Below are positions 27,802-38,074 of a DNA stretch of 64,000 nt, piece by piece. The translations under genes were made by a program, and so were the position numbers. The stretch covers positions 10,640 to 74,639 of the forward strand of contig CAMOYA010000002.1 in the NCBI GenBank assembly GCA_946629635.1, read 5' to 3'. Positions within the stretch are counted from its first letter, which is position 1. Each line of letters opens with the position of its first letter. Under the pieces are notes generated by a model, which saw only the letters and a list, made by a program, of their open reading frames with translations, did not search any database and was not told the DNA's origin. The DNA comes from an uncultured Clostridia bacterium (GTDB lineage Bacteria > Bacillota > Clostridia > Christensenellales > Aristaeellaceae).

Positions 27802-28846
27802 AACGGACGAAAGCACAAGGCTTCTTCCGGCCACAGCGGAATCACTGGCACTGGCCGCCTCGCTGCTGCACCGCGGCGATTTGGTCGCATTTCCGACGGA
27901 AACAGTATATGGTCTTGGCGCAGACGCGCTCAATCCTGAAGCGGTCCGGAGCATTTTTGCCGCCAAAGGCCGCCCGGCAGACAACCCGCTGATTGTTCAT
28001 ATTCATGATCGGGATCAGCTCGAACAGCTGTGTGACATTCCGCCAAAGGCTGATCTTCTGATGGATGCCTTCTGGCCGGGGCCGCTGACGATCCTGTTTC
28101 CCAGAAAGAATACCGTTCCGGATGTCGTGACGGCCGGCCTGCCCACCGTCGCCATCCGGATGCCTTCCCACCCGGTTGCCGCCGCCATGCTGAAGGCAAG
28201 CGGGTTGCCGGTTGCCGCGCCGTCCGCCAATCTTTCGGGGCGGCCGAGTCCTACGACGGCACAGCATGTGCTGGAAGATATGGATGGGAGGATTCCCCTG
28301 ATCCTCGATGGCGGGCCCTGTGACGTCGGTCTGGAATCCACGGTCGTGGATCTCTGTCATGGACAGCCGGTCATACTTCGGCCGGGCGGTATCACAAAGG
28401 AGATGCTCGAAAGCGCACTGCATGCGCCGGTCACGGTTGCCGGAAGCGTTCTGCGTCCCCTGGAGCCCGGAGAAAAGGCGCTGTCGCCAGGAATGAGATA
28501 TAAGCACTATGCGCCGAAGGGTACCGTTACGCTGATTGACGGAAACGAAGACAGCGTAGTTCCGGCCCTGAAGCAGCATTGTCTGCAGGATCTGAAAAAC
28601 GGCAGGCGTTCCTGCGTGCTCTGCTTCTCCGAACATGTCTCCGCGCTGAAGGCTTGCAATCCGCATGACATGGGTTCCATTCATGATCATGCGGAAATCG
28701 CCCACCGTCTGTTTGATATTCTTCGCCAGCTGGACGAGGAAGGCATGGAGAGCGTATACAGCGAGGTCATCCCCCCCGAAGGGGTCGGACTTGCCGTCAT
28801 GAACCGGCTTGGCCGCGCTGCCGCTTTCAGAATCATCCACGCATAA
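27782..28846 (+). CDS. sua5: L-threonylcarbamoyladenylate synthase, Sua5 type
   Basis: AFPTETVYGL, KGRPADNPLIVH, APSAN and SPGMRYKHYAP. Confidence 0.95.
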   Translation: MTDYQNKTDESTRLLPATAESLALAASLLHRGDLVAFPTETVYGLGADALNPEAVRSIFAAKGRPADNPLIVHIHDRDQLEQLCDIPPKADLLMDAFWPGPLTILFPRKNTVPDVVTAGLPTVAIRMPSHPVAAAMLKASGLPVAAPSANLSGRPSPTTAQHVLEDMDGRIPLILDGGPCDVGLESTVVDLCHGQPVILRPGGITKEMLESALHAPVTVAGSVLRPLEPGEKALSPGMRYKHYAPKGTVTLIDGNEDSVVPALKQHCLQDLKNGRRSCVLCFSEHVSALKACNPHDMGSIHDHAEIAHRLFDILRQLDEEGMESVYSEVIPPEGVGLAVMNRLGRAAAFRIIHA

Positions 28847-28892
28847 AAAGAACCGGGAAGCGTTTCTTCATCGCCTCCCGGTTCTTTCATTT
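28845..28892. terminator. Bidirectional terminator between sua5 and pgi
   Basis: Inverted repeat AAAGAACCGGGAAGCG/CGCCTCCCGGTTCTTT between convergent genes. Confidence 0.8.
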
Positions 28893-30472
28893 CAGATGTT
28901 CAGCAGATCGCTGTAAGCTTTCAGTGCACCTTCCGTATCATGTGCCAGCACGCGTTTTGCCAGAATCTTGCCCAGCTGTACGCCTTCCTGATCAAAGCTG
29001 TTCAGGTTCCAGAGGAAGCCCTGGAACATCACCTTGTTCTCAAAATGGGAAAGCAATGCGCCCAGCGCCTCCGGGGTCAGCTGATCCCCGATGATAATGC
29101 TGGAGGGACGGTTTCCTTCAAAGTTTTTATTCCGATTCTCATCCGCTTTGCCGCATGCAAAGGCCATGATCTGCGCGGCCACATTCGCACAGAGCTTCTG
29201 CTGGCTGGTGCTTCCCTGAATATCCACATCCACACCCGTCTGATTGTTCCTGAATCCGATGAACTGCAGCGGAACCACATCCGTCCCCTGATGCAGAAGC
29301 TGATAGAACGAATGCTGCCCGTTGGTACCCGGTTCACCGAAGATGACAGGACCTGTCGGATAATCGACCGGCTCGCCGAAGCGGTTGACGGATTTTCCGT
29401 TGGATTCCATGTCCAGCTGCTGGAGGTGCGCCGGGAAGCGGCTCAGCGCCTGCGAGTAAGGCAGCACGGCAGTGGCCGGATATCCCAGAATATTCCGCTC
29501 ATATACGCCGATCAGCGCATCCAGCATCGCGGCATTCTTCAGAGGATCCTTCTCGTTGGCCAGGGCATCTCCTTCGGCAGCACCGTTCAGGAATCTGGCA
29601 AAAACATCCGGACCAAAGGCCAGGGAAAGAACAGCCCCGCCAACAGCGGAAGTGGAAGAATAACGGCCGCCGATGTAATCGTCCATAAAGAACGCAGCCA
29701 GATAGTCACTGCTGCTGGCGAGCGGAGATGTCTCGCTGGTCACAGCGATCATGTGTCTGGACGCATCCAGCCCGGCATTCTTCAGCGCATCCTTGACAAA
29801 TGCTTCGTTGGTGAGGGTTTCCAGCGTCGTTCCGGATTTTGAAACGAGAATAAAAATGCATCTGGAAGGATCCACGGAAGCGAGCACGGAAGCTGCATCA
29901 TCCGGATCCACATTGCTGATGAATTTGGCTTCCATATGGAAGCAACCATTCTTTCTGGCCCAGTTTTCCAGAGAAAGATACATGGCGCGGGGCCCCAGAT
30001 CGCTTCCGCCGATGCCGATCTGTACCGCGGTGGTAAACTTTTCACCCTTTTCGTTCACGATTTTGCCCTCGTGAACATTCCGGGCAAACTCTGCAATCCG
30101 CGTCTGCTGTTCCACATAAAACGCACGCTTGTTGACGCCGTCCGCAATAACGTCATCACCGATCTGGCCGCGGGTCAGCTGATGAAGCACCCTTCTCTTT
30201 TCGCCTGTATTGATCACTGCGCCGTTGTACAGTTCCTGATATTTATCGCTCAGGCCGGCTTCCTTCGCAAGCCCGCACAGACAGGACAGAATCTGATCAT
30301 CGACCTGCTTGGAGGCATAGTTATAGGTCAGCCCGCCACCCATTCCGACCTGATAGGCCGCCACACGGCTGGCTCCATTTTCGCCGCTCATGACCGTCTT
30401 TAAGCTCACCTTGCCGGCATACTCCTGAAGCTGGTGATAATGATCCAGCTGATCGAGATTTTTCCATTCCAT
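28892..30472 (-). CDS. pgi: Glucose-6-phosphate isomerase
   Basis: IGIGGSDLGP, SKSGTTLET, GGRYS, QQLDMESNGK and NSFDQEGVQLGK. Confidence 0.96.
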   Translation of the reverse strand: MEWKNLDQLDHYHQLQEYAGKVSLKTVMSGENGASRVAAYQVGMGGGLTYNYASKQVDDQILSCLCGLAKEAGLSDKYQELYNGAVINTGEKRRVLHQLTRGQIGDDVIADGVNKRAFYVEQQTRIAEFARNVHEGKIVNEKGEKFTTAVQIGIGGSDLGPRAMYLSLENWARKNGCFHMEAKFISNVDPDDAASVLASVDPSRCIFILVSKSGTTLETLTNEAFVKDALKNAGLDASRHMIAVTSETSPLASSSDYLAAFFMDDYIGGRYSSTSAVGGAVLSLAFGPDVFARFLNGAAEGDALANEKDPLKNAAMLDALIGVYERNILGYPATAVLPYSQALSRFPAHLQQLDMESNGKSVNRFGEPVDYPTGPVIFGEPGTNGQHSFYQLLHQGTDVVPLQFIGFRNNQTGVDVDIQGSTSQQKLCANVAAQIMAFACGKADENRNKNFEGNRPSSIIIGDQLTPEALGALLSHFENKVMFQGFLWNLNSFDQEGVQLGKILAKRVLAHDTEGALKAYSDLLNI

Positions 30473-30560
30473 ACTGGTTCAACCTCCGTATTATTCTTAT
30501 TGGATCCGTCCTATTTTATTATACAGGCCGGTCCGGTTGAATACAAGCGTTTTTTGCCCA

Positions 30561-30589
30561 TTGACATTCGTGTTTTCCCATGATACCAT
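30561..30589 (+). promoter_or_regulatory. sigmaA promoter of purC with overlapping PurBox-like site
   Basis: TTGACA-17 nt-TACCAT with extended -10 TG. AAAACACGAATGT on the minus strand (30564-30576) resembles the Bacillota PurR box CGAA core. Confidence 0.7.
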
Positions 30590-30658
30590 GTACCGCGAAA
30601 AGGCAAGAGTTCCCGGTCAAGGTGCTCTTGCCTCAAATTATTCGGGGAGGTTGTATTC

Positions 30659-31372
30659 ATGAACAAGGGAGTCCAGCTCTATGAAGGAAAAGCCAAGAAG
30701 GTCTTCAGCACCGAAGATCCGGAACAGCTGATTGTTTCATACAAGGATGATGCCACTGCTTTCAACGGTCTGAAAAAAGGAACCATTGTCGGCAAGGGCG
30801 TGATCAACAATCAGATGAGCAACCGCCTGATGCAGATGCTGGAAAAGGCCGGTGTTCCGACGCACTATATCAGTGAACTGAATGAAAGGGAGACTTTGGT
30901 CAAAAAAGTGGAAATCGTTCCGCTGGAGGTCATCGTCCGGAATATTTCCGCCGGTTCATTCTCGAAGCGCTACGGCGTGGATGAAGGCATTGTGTTCGAC
31001 TCCCCCACTCTTGAATTTTCCTATAAAAATGATGCGCTGGGCGATCCGCTGATCAACTCCTATCATGCGCTGGCCCTCAAGCTGGCCACCCGGGAAGAGC
31101 TGGATCAGATTCGCGACATGGCGTTCCGGGTCAATGAATGCCTGAAGGCCTTCTGGAAGACCTGCGGGGTCACACTGGTCGATTTCAAACTGGAGTTTGG
31201 TCGGCTGAGCAACGGAAAAATCGTACTGGCCGATGAAATCAGCCCGGATACCTGCCGGCTGTGGGATTCGGCGACCGGCGAAAAGCTGGATAAGGACCGT
31301 TTCCGTCGCGATCTGGGCGGCGTTGAGGATGCGTATCAGGAAATCATGAAGCGCCTGAATGAACACATCTGA
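30659..31372 (+). CDS. purC: Phosphoribosylaminoimidazole-succinocarboxamide synthase
   Basis: [30 protein letters not shown] and [10 protein letters not shown]. Confidence 0.97.
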   Translation: MNKGVQLYEGKAKKVFSTEDPEQLIVSYKDDATAFNGLKKGTIVGKGVINNQMSNRLMQMLEKAGVPTHYISELNERETLVKKVEIVPLEVIVRNISAGSFSKRYGVDEGIVFDSPTLEFSYKNDALGDPLINSYHALALKLATREELDQIRDMAFRVNECLKAFWKTCGVTLVDFKLEFGRLSNGKIVLADEISPDTCRLWDSATGEKLDKDRFRRDLGGVEDAYQEIMKRLNEHI

Positions 31373-31408
31373 ACCGATCGGTTTTCTGCCGTACCCTGCC
31401 CTTTTGAT

Positions 31409-31435
31409 GACGCCATCTGACGGATGGCGTTTTTT
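31409..31435 (+). terminator. Intrinsic terminator after purC
   Basis: Stem ACGCCATC/GATGGCGT plus a T run. Confidence 0.8.
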
Positions 31436-31440
31436 GTATA

Positions 31441-31473
31441 TAAAATTTCCCTGCATCGCACAGATGCAGGGAA
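31441..31473 (-). terminator. Terminator after rpsI
   Basis: 11-bp stem TTCCCTGCATC/GATGCAGGGAA with an ATTTT tail on the minus strand. Confidence 0.7.
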
Positions 31474-31490
31474 TAATGCACATCGAAATC

Positions 31491-31880
31491 TCAGCGCTTT
31501 GAGAACTGAGGAGCGCGACGAGCCGCTTTGAGACCGTACTTTTTCCGTTCCTTCATACGAGGATCGCGGGTCAGCAGGCCAGCCTTCTTCAGCGTACCGC
31601 GCAGTTCGGGATCCACCTTGCACAGGGCACGGCTGATGCCATGACGGATGGCACCGGCCTGACCGCTCAGACCGCCGCCCTTCACGTTCACGAGCACATC
31701 GAAATTACCGGTATTGGTCAGGTTCAGGGGCTGACGTACCGTCATCTTCAGGGTCTCGAGACCGAAATAATCATCAATATCACGCTTATTGATCACAACT
31801 TTTCCATCGCCGGCAACCAGACGGACGCGGGCAACGGCTTTCTTGCGGCGACCAACCGCATTGTATTCCATCTTAGCCAT
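31491..31880 (-). CDS. rpsI: 30S ribosomal protein S9
   Basis: [20 protein letters not shown] and C-terminal QFSKR. Confidence 0.98.
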   Translation of the reverse strand: MAKMEYNAVGRRKKAVARVRLVAGDGKVVINKRDIDDYFGLETLKMTVRQPLNLTNTGNFDVLVNVKGGGLSGQAGAIRHGISRALCKVDPELRGTLKKAGLLTRDPRMKERKKYGLKAARRAPQFSKR

Positions 31881-31904
31881 TTATCTGTTACTCCTTTCCG
31901 CGTC

Positions 31905-32336
31905 TCACTTCAGGTCCAGTACTTCAGGCTTCTGCGCAGCCTGATCATGTTCAGCGCCGGCATAAACCTTCAGCTTCTTTGCCATCTGACGGCCCAGAGG
32001 TCCCTTGGGCAGCATGCCAACGATCGCGCGGCGAACAGCAAATTCGGGTTTTTCCGCCATCAGCTTGCGATACTTGGTCTCTTTCAGACCACCGGCATAT
32101 CCGCTGTGATGATAGTAGATCTTCTGATCCAGTTTCTTCCCGGTCAGAACGGCCTTGGAAGCATTCACGATGATCACATAGTCACCGGTATCCATGTTGG
32201 GGGTATAGATGGGCTTGTTCTTGCCGCGAAGGATGTTCGCCACCTGGCTCGCCAGACGGCCCAGAACCATTCCATCTGCGTCCACAACGTACCATTTACG
32301 TTCGATGTCCGCACTCTTCGGAATAAAAGTCTTCAA
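31905..32336 (-). CDS. rplM: 50S ribosomal protein L13
   Basis: [14 protein letters not shown] and GMLPK. True start is TTG at 32336 after GAGGAGG. Confidence 0.97.
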   Translation of the reverse strand: MKTFIPKSADIERKWYVVDADGMVLGRLASQVANILRGKNKPIYTPNMDTGDYVIIVNASKAVLTGKKLDQKIYYHHSGYAGGLKETKYRKLMAEKPEFAVRRAIVGMLPKGPLGRQMAKKLKVYAGAEHDQAAQKPEVLDLK

Positions 32337-32349
32337 AGGATTGTCCTCC

Positions 32350-32440
32350 TCGAATGGTAATTCGTTTCCTTCCATGATGGTCGCATGGTCGGATCAGTTT
32401 CAAGAGCTACCGGGGCTAGCGGAGCTTTTGATGCCAAAGA
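32350..32440 (-). promoter_or_regulatory. Probable L13 leader (ribosomal protein autoregulatory element)
   Basis: 5' UTR of rplM with a hairpin containing AGCCCCGG, which resembles the Bacillota L13 leader loop. Candidate TTGACT -35 just upstream. Confidence 0.5.
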
Positions 32441-32509
32441 TTATATTAACTCAGAAGAAGCCCGGAGTCAAGTGTTTTCTGATGTTTTCTTCATATTTCC
32501 AGGCCATGT

Positions 32510-33127
32510 TCATGCCTGCAGCCGGATACCCGCCTGATTCAGTTTCATTTCCAGCTCCCGGGCGCTGCCATGGAAGACGATTCCGTGCCATCCGCAGGAA
32601 ACCGCGCCTGCCACATTGGCCGGAAGATCATCCACAAAAAGGCACTCCTGAGGATTAAGCGAAAACTTTTCCGTAAAAAGGCGATAGATTTCCGCACTCG
32701 GCTTCACGATATGATAATCGCAGGAAATCAGGGTTCCTTCCATCAGGCGGCTGACAGGAAAGGACGGCCAGTACCGGCACTGACTGGTGCTGGCGTTGCT
32801 GAGCAGAAACAGTCGGTATCCGGCATCCTTCAGGCGATGCACAAGCATTTCCATGCCGGGGATCATATCCCTGTGTTCCCACCATCTGTAGAGAAGCTGA
32901 CGAACCGCATCGTGAAGTCTTGTCGGAATTCTGGCGAGCACAAGAGGCTCCGCAGATTCTTCAGACAGCACACCCAGATCCATCTGAGCCCATTCGAGCG
33001 AGAGAAATAGTTCCCTTCTGATCAGTTCCCGATCATCCGGATCCGCAACGTTTGCCTGATCCATAAAAACATCCGGATCAAAGCGGATCAGTACATTTCC
33101 CATATCGAACACGATATTCCGTATCAT
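32510..33127 (-). CDS. HAD-family phosphatase
   Basis: FDMGNVL, LLSN, VKP and FVDD motifs I-IV. Confidence 0.9.
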   Translation of the reverse strand: MIRNIVFDMGNVLIRFDPDVFMDQANVADPDDRELIRRELFLSLEWAQMDLGVLSEESAEPLVLARIPTRLHDAVRQLLYRWWEHRDMIPGMEMLVHRLKDAGYRLFLLSNASTSQCRYWPSFPVSRLMEGTLISCDYHIVKPSAEIYRLFTEKFSLNPQECLFVDDLPANVAGAVSCGWHGIVFHGSARELEMKLNQAGIRLQA

Positions 33128-33152
33128 GTGTCTTTATCCTTTCTCTGCTTCT

Positions 33153-34487
33153 TCAGCAGATGCCCGGATCGTCCTTCCGAAGCCGGTTGTTCCGCAGTCC
33201 TTTGGGATAGTGATTCTTGATAACACCATTGCTGCCCTTTCCCCAGCCGATCACCAGGTTCTCACACCGGATGGGTGTCCATCCCACGGCCCGGCCTTCC
33301 ATTTCCTCCCCTGCCATATAGCGGATGGCGTCCTCTGCCGATACATCCGCCGCTCCCATTTCTGTTGCCGCCTCCTGACAGACCGCATGATCCGGAACAA
33401 AAAACTTTCCGCGGATTTCTCCCAGATGGAGACCTGCCCGCAGGACACGGATGCCGGAAAGATCCGGCAGGGCGCTGAGATGAATCAGCGTTTTCCCGAG
33501 CCTGTGGGTCGCCTCGGGCAGAGAGGGAAACTGCTCTTTCATGATCCGTTTTTCTTCGGTGGACGGAACCTGGAGAGAACGTGTTTCGGACCGGTCAGAA
33601 GAAATCTGCATATCACCTTCCCGTTTCAGGAGGGCAATGAACTGCCCTTCGCCCCGCGTCCTGTGCGGATAACAGGTAAAATATCCGTTGCATCCGTCGA
33701 TGCCTTCCAGACGGAACGGGGAAAGCGAATACTCCGGAAACTGCTGCAGAAACCATTCAACGTTCAGTTCATTTTCCTCCGGATGATAGGTACAGGTTGA
33801 ATACACCAGACGGCCTCCCGGCCTGACCATGCGCGCAGCCTCCCGGAGAATGCTCCGCTGGCGATCCGCACAGCCGTGCGCTTCGGCTTCGCTCCATTCC
33901 AGCCTTGTCATAGGCTCCCTTCGGAACATTCCTTCGCCTGAACACGGCGCATCCACCAGCACCGCATCGAATGCATCCGACCATCTGACGGAAAGATCAG
34001 ATGGCATTGCGTTGATCACAATCGCATTGCGAATTCCCATTCTCTCGATATTGCGGCTCAGAATCAGCGCCCGCTTCAGAACCGGTTCATTGGCCACGAG
34101 AAGCCCCTGTCCGTTCAGATCCGCACCGATCTGCGTCGATTTTCCGCCAGGGGCAGCGCACAGATCCAGGACACGTTCCCCCGGCTGTGCGTTCAGCACA
34201 CGGGCGGGGATCATCGCCGATGGATCCTGAATATAAAAAGCACCGGCTTCATGCCATATCGTAGTGCCCGCTTCGGAGGCTGCCGGTATATAATGACCGT
34301 TCTTTTCCCATGGGATGGGTTCCAGCGACGAATAGGCTGCAACCTGAAGCGCACCGGAAGGACGGAGCGGGTTCAGTCGGAGGCCGCGAACCGGATCATC
34401 CTCCATGGATCGCAAAAAGGCATCGTACGAATCGCGCAGCTGAGCTTTCATTCTGGATAAAAAAGCTTCAGGCAATTGTATCCTCAT
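33153..34487 (-). CDS. RsmF/RsmB (NOL1/NOP2/Sun) rRNA m5C methyltransferase
   Basis: YIQDPSAM, DLCAAPGGKS, DAPCSGEG, YSTCT and a C-terminal PUA-like KNHYPKGLR. Start at MRIQLP (ATGA overlap). Confidence 0.9.
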   Translation of the reverse strand: MRIQLPEAFLSRMKAQLRDSYDAFLRSMEDDPVRGLRLNPLRPSGALQVAAYSSLEPIPWEKNGHYIPAASEAGTTIWHEAGAFYIQDPSAMIPARVLNAQPGERVLDLCAAPGGKSTQIGADLNGQGLLVANEPVLKRALILSRNIERMGIRNAIVINAMPSDLSVRWSDAFDAVLVDAPCSGEGMFRREPMTRLEWSEAEAHGCADRQRSILREAARMVRPGGRLVYSTCTYHPEENELNVEWFLQQFPEYSLSPFRLEGIDGCNGYFTCYPHRTRGEGQFIALLKREGDMQISSDRSETRSLQVPSTEEKRIMKEQFPSLPEATHRLGKTLIHLSALPDLSGIRVLRAGLHLGEIRGKFFVPDHAVCQEAATEMGAADVSAEDAIRYMAGEEMEGRAVGWTPIRCENLVIGWGKGSNGVIKNHYPKGLRNNRLRKDDPGIC

Positions 34488-35173
34488 TCGTCTTCCATCC
34501 ATTCCGGCACCATCGTCCGACAAACAGGCATCTGCGGATGAATCAGGTAAGACTTTGCAAGGATATGAGGCATCCCTGCATTGATCACGGAATGCACGCC
34601 AAGTCTCTCTGCGCATTCCGACACAGTCCTTTCCCCCTCTTCCAGCATTTCCGGCGTCGTCTGCCCGGCCAGATTTGTATTGTTGATCAGGATGCTGATC
34701 GGAAGCCTGCCCCGGTTGCTGATCCGCGCAGCCAGATCGATGATATCATCAGCTGTTCGGGTCAGAGGCCGCATACAGTTGACGACCAGGGCCATGCATG
34801 TTTCCTCCCTGTGCGCCATGAAGGACGGGTAATATCTTCCCAGTGCGGCAGCGCCCGTATCATCGCCGCCAACGTCAAAAATGATCCGGTCATACGGCTG
34901 TTCAAAAACGCTTTGAATCTCTGGCGGAAGCGCCGGGATATCCACGGTTGTCAGCGCAAAAACGGGCATCAGCACGCGAACGCCTGCCTGTCTGAGCTGC
35001 TCCGCCTTCTCTCCGCTGCGGAAATACGGATTCACGATATCCAGATCCACCAGCGTCACTTTTTCATGTTCGTTTGCTGAAAATGCCAGATTAATGGCAA
35101 TTTCCGTTTTTCCGCTTCCATAATTGCCAGTCAGGACAAGAAAACGGTTTTGTTTATCTTTCAGATCGATCAT
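34484..35173 (-). CDS. P-loop NTPase, MinD/ParA/CobQ-like
   Basis: GNYGSGKTE, DLDIVNPYFR and FDVGGDD. Confidence 0.8.
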   Translation of the reverse strand: MIDLKDKQNRFLVLTGNYGSGKTEIAINLAFSANEHEKVTLVDLDIVNPYFRSGEKAEQLRQAGVRVLMPVFALTTVDIPALPPEIQSVFEQPYDRIIFDVGGDDTGAAALGRYYPSFMAHREETCMALVVNCMRPLTRTADDIIDLAARISNRGRLPISILINNTNLAGQTTPEMLEEGERTVSECAERLGVHSVINAGMPHILAKSYLIHPQMPVCRTMVPEWMEDE

Positions 35174-36024
35174 GGAGAATCCTTTCGGTTCTGATTCGAA
35201 GAATTGGGATATACGGGGGACATATAGGCTTCATTCTGATCAATGACCGGTCTGGGAGGATCGTAATGATAGAGTTCTTCCTCCGGATCACTGAAAAGCT
35301 GGGTCATCCGGAAACGGCGTCGCCGTGGCTGAATCATATGCTGTACGACTTTTTCAGTGATGCTTTCTTCCGCACCGGATGACGGCGAAGACGGATCCTC
35401 CGGGTCCTTTCCTGCCGCCTCCGGGACATCATTCTTCATATCCACCGGAGCCGGCCGTCGGTAAGGGCTGTCCGGCGGCACCACGCGGCCGGAAGACCTT
35501 GCTCCAGCGCTGTTTTCGGCTGTCAGAAAGGCTTCTTCTCCCGATTCTCTCTGCTGCCAGAGGCTCATTTCAGGTATCTCCGGTTCCTCCGGGGGAAGAT
35601 GAATTCTTCCGCCGGACGGCTGCACAGCAAAGTCATATTCAGCCGGAGAGCCGGATTCCGATGAATACTCACCGGCCTGCTTCACGGCGGAATCACCCTC
35701 AAAATCGTTATATTCAGCCGCTGAAGGCGGAAGCGCTGCTCCCTCCTCCGAATCAGAAACGGATTCCGGCTCCGAAGTCCCGGTATGCCGGAGTCGTTTG
35801 AAAAAGCTTCGCCATACCCTGAACGGTTCCCACCGGAACAGATAGACCATCAAATCAGCCGCCAGTCCGATTCCAAGCAGGATCAATGCGAGCAGAAGCC
35901 AATGCTCACCAATCCACTGAAGAAAGCCACCGCCCTGTTTTGTCAATCCGGACCAGATCATGGATACAGCCATCTGAAGCCATCCAAGCATCAGACTGAA
36001 AACCGTATTTGTAAAGCCGTCCAT
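35170..36024 (-). CDS. Hypothetical membrane protein with acidic disordered C-terminus
   Basis: Hydrophobic N-terminus followed by a Pro/Ser/Glu-rich tail. In-operon position with an ATGA overlap to the next gene. Confidence 0.7.
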   Translation of the reverse strand: MDGFTNTVFSLMLGWLQMAVSMIWSGLTKQGGGFLQWIGEHWLLLALILLGIGLAADLMVYLFRWEPFRVWRSFFKRLRHTGTSEPESVSDSEEGAALPPSAAEYNDFEGDSAVKQAGEYSSESGSPAEYDFAVQPSGGRIHLPPEEPEIPEMSLWQQRESGEEAFLTAENSAGARSSGRVVPPDSPYRRPAPVDMKNDVPEAAGKDPEDPSSPSSGAEESITEKVVQHMIQPRRRRFRMTQLFSDPEEELYHYDPPRPVIDQNEAYMSPVYPNSSNQNRKDSP

Positions 36025-36038
36025 CGCTGCTCCATTCC

Positions 36039-37100
36039 TTACTGCGCCGGTTCTTCCGCTGAAATCTCAACGGTAACCGTCACGGTTTCGTTGGACAGCA
36101 CCGCATCCTCCGATGGCTTCTGAACCTTCAGCTGATAAACCGTCGTCTCGTTGATCCCTGAAATATTGATCGTTCTTTCCAGCGGAAGCTCCTCCAGCTG
36201 ACTGAGCACATCCGAACGGGCCGCAACGGTAATGGTCTCCGGGCTGACGCGGATATCCGAAACCTCGTATCCGGATTCAACATCCCCGGTGAACTGAAGC
36301 ATGTCTGCCACATCGAACGCCTTGGTCGGCAGAATGGTCGCTTCAATCAGCACACTGTCGATCGTAGTGGATTCGCTGGTGATGGTAAGCAGGTTGCTGT
36401 TTACTTCTTCTCCGGAAAGGTTGTAAAGCTTGATCTCGGCAGTATTGAGCAGCGTTCCCTCCACCCATTCCGACATGCTGGGACGGACAAAGACCCGGGC
36501 ACGGGAGATCGTGGACACCAGGCTCCGCGGACCGCTGACTGCAATCAGATTCGGATCGACCGTCGGTGTCGACATATACCAGCCGTATGGCATATCCCCA
36601 TCTACTGTAATGGACACCGGAATCCGCTGACGCACAAAATACTCCTCAACATTCACCGTGATGGAAGAGGGGTTTGTATTGATCACTCGTCCGTATGTGG
36701 CGGAATTGGTACTCAGAAGACGAAGCTCCTGCGTGCCGACGCTTGAAATCCGGCTCAGGTCCAGGCGAACGTTATATGTGCTCGCCTCCGCATTTTCATA
36801 CTGCCGCTGCGGAACGGCCGCAACGATGCTGACATTGCTCAGCAGCTCATCCAGGTTGGTCGTGACGATATAGCCGTTCCGTCTCATGGTCTCGGCTCCG
36901 GTAACGGAAACGGACACATTTGAAAACGATTTGTCGCGGGTCAGGGTCTCATCCTGTGAGATCACACCCGCCCAAAGAACGATGGAAAGCAGAAGCGCCA
37001 GAAGCTTAAATCCACCGTTATGAAGCGTCAGGTGTTTCAGGCCCCTGACCAGTATTTTCAGAAAACGGCCTACCCTTCCGGTTGTCTCAGTTTTTTCCAT
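36039..37100 (-). CDS. cdaR: CdaR/YbbR-domain regulator of diadenylate cyclase
   Basis: KLLALLLSIVLW TM helix and repeated YbbR-like beta domains (VSGPRS, VSPETITV). Directly after cdaA. Confidence 0.85.
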   Translation of the reverse strand: MEKTETTGRVGRFLKILVRGLKHLTLHNGGFKLLALLLSIVLWAGVISQDETLTRDKSFSNVSVSVTGAETMRRNGYIVTTNLDELLSNVSIVAAVPQRQYENAEASTYNVRLDLSRISSVGTQELRLLSTNSATYGRVINTNPSSITVNVEEYFVRQRIPVSITVDGDMPYGWYMSTPTVDPNLIAVSGPRSLVSTISRARVFVRPSMSEWVEGTLLNTAEIKLYNLSGEEVNSNLLTITSESTTIDSVLIEATILPTKAFDVADMLQFTGDVESGYEVSDIRVSPETITVAARSDVLSQLEELPLERTINISGINETTVYQLKVQKPSEDAVLSNETVTVTVEISAEEPAQ

Positions 37101-37956
37101 TCACAGAGACCTCCGTTTCCTTCTTCAAAGCATCCATCAGTTCCCTGAAGCGTGATTCAGGGACCATAAAGATATGATTCAGCACATCCTTCAGGCCTTC
37201 CATGGTGAGCGGTCTGGTCAGGATTCCGTCTCTCGCCATGCTCACGATTCCGGTCTCCTCAGAAACGACCAGAACAATCGCGTCCGTATTCTCGCTGATG
37301 CCGATGGCGGCGCGATGCCGCGTCCCCAGTTCCCGGCTGACGCCGCGTGCTTCGGCCAGCGGCAGAATGCAGGCAGCCGCTTCAATGACACCGTCCCGAA
37401 TCACGACGGCGCCGTCATGCAGCGGAGTATTGGGCTCAAAAATGTTTTCCAGCAGCGGAGCGGATATCTCCGCATTCAGCCTTGTTCCGGTCTCAACAAA
37501 ATCCTGAAGTCCCGTCTGCCGCTCAAACACGATCAGCGCGCCGACCCTGCGCTTGCTCAGATCGGTAATCGTCTGAATAATTTCACCGATAATGGTATTC
37601 TGATCGCTGTCGCGGCCGTTTCCGGACCGTTTATTGATCAGTCGGCTTCTCCCGACGCGTTCAAGCGCTTTCCGAATCTCCGGCTGAAAAAGAATGACCA
37701 GGACAATTGCGCCGTTCTGCAGGATGGCAACCAGCAGCCAGTTCAGGCTGACCAGTCCAAGGAGGTTGCTCGCCAGCGTGATCACAAGGATCAGAAACAG
37801 TCCCTTCAGCAAAGCGCTGCCCCGGGTATGCCGGGTCAGCAGCAGAATCTCATAGATGATAACGGCAACGATGAGAATATCGATGATATCGGTAAAACCG
37901 AGGCGATGGGTCAGATTCCAGATCATGTTGCTGAAGTTCAGCATGATACCATTCAT
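37087..37956 (-). CDS. cdaA: Diadenylate cyclase CdaA
   Basis: Three TM helices, FQPEIR, PLHDGA and LGTRHRAA. Confidence 0.96.
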   Translation of the reverse strand: MNGIMLNFSNMIWNLTHRLGFTDIIDILIVAVIIYEILLLTRHTRGSALLKGLFLILVITLASNLLGLVSLNWLLVAILQNGAIVLVILFQPEIRKALERVGRSRLINKRSGNGRDSDQNTIIGEIIQTITDLSKRRVGALIVFERQTGLQDFVETGTRLNAEISAPLLENIFEPNTPLHDGAVVIRDGVIEAAACILPLAEARGVSRELGTRHRAAIGISENTDAIVLVVSEETGIVSMARDGILTRPLTMEGLKDVLNHIFMVPESRFRELMDALKKETEVSVNGKN

Positions 37957-38074
37957 CCGGACGCCTCCCAGTTCATAAACTCATTACTTGATTATACACG
38001 AGAATGGCTGAATTGAAAAGGGCGTCATGCGTCCGTATTTCAGATTTTTGAAGCAATTGCTCCCCACGGATGGT

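Noticed and set aside
30590-30658. ZTP, guanine or PRPP riboswitch before purC
   Set aside because: The leader is only about 65 nt and lacks their conserved motifs. It is kept only as an unexplained structure.
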